Positions 62,236 to 64,000 of a stretch of DNA of 64,000 bases are shown here, piece after piece. Origin of the DNA: Takakia lepidozioides (Eukaryota > Plantae > Bryophyta). Each line of letters starts with the position of its first letter. Position 1 is the stretch's first letter. The notes under the pieces are model-generated. The model searched no databases and was not told the origin of the DNA. It was given only the letters and a program-made list of their open reading frames with translations. Location: positions 69,130,001 to 69,194,000 of the forward strand of contig CM060731.1 in NCBI GenBank assembly GCA_030704615.1, read 5' to 3'. A program made the position numbers and the translations under genes.

Positions 62236-63227
62236 CTCCGCCGATTTTCCATCCGGGGCCGGTCGGATGCAGTCGGCTCGGGGGGGAGAGGTCGTCATCT
62301 GGCCGTCAGAGAACATCCCCTGGATGGAAATTCGGCGCCGAATTTCCATCCGGGGCCGGTCGGATGAAGTCTGCTAGGGGGAAGAGGCCGGCAGCGGGCC
62401 GACAGAGAACATTCGGCGCCGAATTTCCATCCGAGGCCGCCCTTAGGAAGTCGTCTCGGGGAGAGAGGCCGACAGAGAACATCCCCAGCATGGAAATTCG
62501 GCGCCGGTTTTCCATCTTGCAGGGCACCAGTTTACTTGCAAGATGGAAATTCGGCGCGGAATTTCCATCCTGCGGGTAAGCAATATCGCAGCCCGATGCA
62601 AAACCGGCGCCGAATTCCAACCTTGCAAGTAAACTGCTGCCCTGCAGGATGGAAAACCGGCGCCGAATTTCCATTCGGCATGTAATCGGGAACGCGGCCG
62701 GATGGAAATTCGGCAACAAATTTCCATGTAGGAAGTAAGCGGGACGGAAAAGCGGTAAGGAATTTATCTGTAGCAGACAAGAATTCCTTGAAAAACGTGG
62801 CTAAAAGTGGAGTTCAGCCACAAAACTAGAGGTTTTGTGTCTGATTAGACCCAAAAACACGTAAAACTGCATGCAAGGACAGAAAAATTGTTCCTGAACG
62901 GGCCCCAAACGCAAACATCCGGCCGGCGTCGGATGGAAATTCGGCGCCGAATTTCCATCCGGAGGATGGTCTCCATCCGCCCGGTGCCGGCTTCTCCCCT
63001 TCAGCCGACTTCATCCGGGCGGCACCGCATGGAAATTCGGCGCCGAATTTCCATCCGGTGGCTGATCTTTGTCGGCAACGTGTCCGCCTACGGGGGGCCC
63101 CGGATGGAAATTCGGCGCTGAATTTCCATCCGGGGGATGGTCTCCGTCTGCCCAGTGCCGGCTTCTCCCCTTCAGCCGACTTCATCCGGGCGGCACCGCA
63201 TGGAAATTCGGCGCCGAATTTCGTCCT
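62231..63227. repeat. Terminal region of a further inserted element with about 12 copies of a perfect 30-bp palindrome GGATGGAAATTCGGCGCCGAATTTCCATCC
   Basis: Copies at 62238 (half), 62322, 62411 (partial), 62488, 62541, 62595, 62647, 62700, 62931, 63027, 63102 and 63198. Starts where retroelement homology ends. Confidence 0.88.
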
Positions 63228-64000
63228 TACATTTTCATGTTTATTTCTGCAAGTTATTGGTTGAGTGAACCATTGATAGTTTGCAATGCGTGTGATTGTT
63301 AGGCTGCTTCGGCATGTGATTGTTAGGCATTCATTGGGTTTGTTTTCATTGTTGGTCCACGATTGTTGCGATGGTGGTTTAGGTTGCCATGGTGGTTCTG
63401 ACGATTGTTGGGGATGACAGAGTGAAGACGAGCGCGACACACTGGTGGTATCATCGACAGCTCCAACTGCTCGAGCAGTCACTCCAAAAGCAGCTAGTGG
63501 GCAACAGTCGTCGAAGGTAGTGCTTACTTATATGTGCAATTTGGACGCTGTTCCCAGCTATGCCCGCCCTATGCTTCGCAAGCAGTTATCAGAGAAAAAC
63601 TTCACACGGTTTTTGCTGCAGCCCCCCCCTCTCTTCTCATAATGGGGACTGCCTTCAGCATGTGTACTCCATGATCACTATGCTCCACAATCCACCTTGA
63701 GGTCCAAAGCCTCGGGCAAAACAGAACAAGTCTTACCCAAGAAAAGAAGTTTACCGTCAACAACTACGAGCTAATTTGTCTGCACAACTGCAGCTCCTTC
63801 TTTGTATATACAGAGCCTACGAGGCTGTCCAAACCTCCATCTCGCCTCTTATTTGGCATCCTGTGTGCCTCCCGTGCACAACATCGTACCGGACTACAAA
63901 CGAAATGAGCAACAATGACTTCTATCTTAACCACTCATTATGAGTTGTGCTTTCCCTACTTCAAATATCATCGACATAGTACTAACATAAAAGAAATCTA

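Noticed and set aside
62306-63482. ORFs with repeated WKFGAEFPS / MEIRRRISI peptides, including the tail of 61290-62579
   Set aside because: These are translations of the GC-rich palindrome on both strands, not real proteins.
63240-64000. Coding region of the 62231 element
   Set aside because: The frames I translated carry stops and show no recognisable domain; sequence beyond the window is needed.

Overview
Eukaryotic, TE-dense genomic DNA, most likely from a seed-free land plant (inferred from PLS-class PPR fragments, a Tcn1-like chromovirus and spliceosomal introns). No intact host gene is recognisable; the window is a stack of nested mobile elements. It holds a Crypton-like recombinase remnant, two oppositely oriented non-autonomous CACTA elements with shared ends but different PPR/PDF-motif cargo (3487-7803, 18439-22615), a decayed chromovirus (11000-16884), a split hAT transposase, a P-element-like transposase gene (49490-53909), a LINE fragment and two copies of a non-chromovirus Ty3/Gypsy family. 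The most notable feature is a Mutator-like element at 23059-49162 (10-bp TSD TGTCTTGTAC, short imperfect TIRs, about 13.1 kb once a nested LTR retrotransposon is removed). Divergent from its GCM/WRKY-like-DDE-SWIM transposase, it carries a multi-exon gene with a ParB/Srx-like domain and a bacterial-type beta-class N4C/N6A DNA methyltransferase-like domain. It also carries about 29 copies of a 30-bp palindrome (GATTAAGVTGTCGT-CA/TG-ACGACABCTTAATC), found only in inferred introns and the 3' non-coding arm. A second element entering at about 62231 has its own, different 30-bp palindrome array. All protein-family calls come from motif recognition by eye, not database searches.
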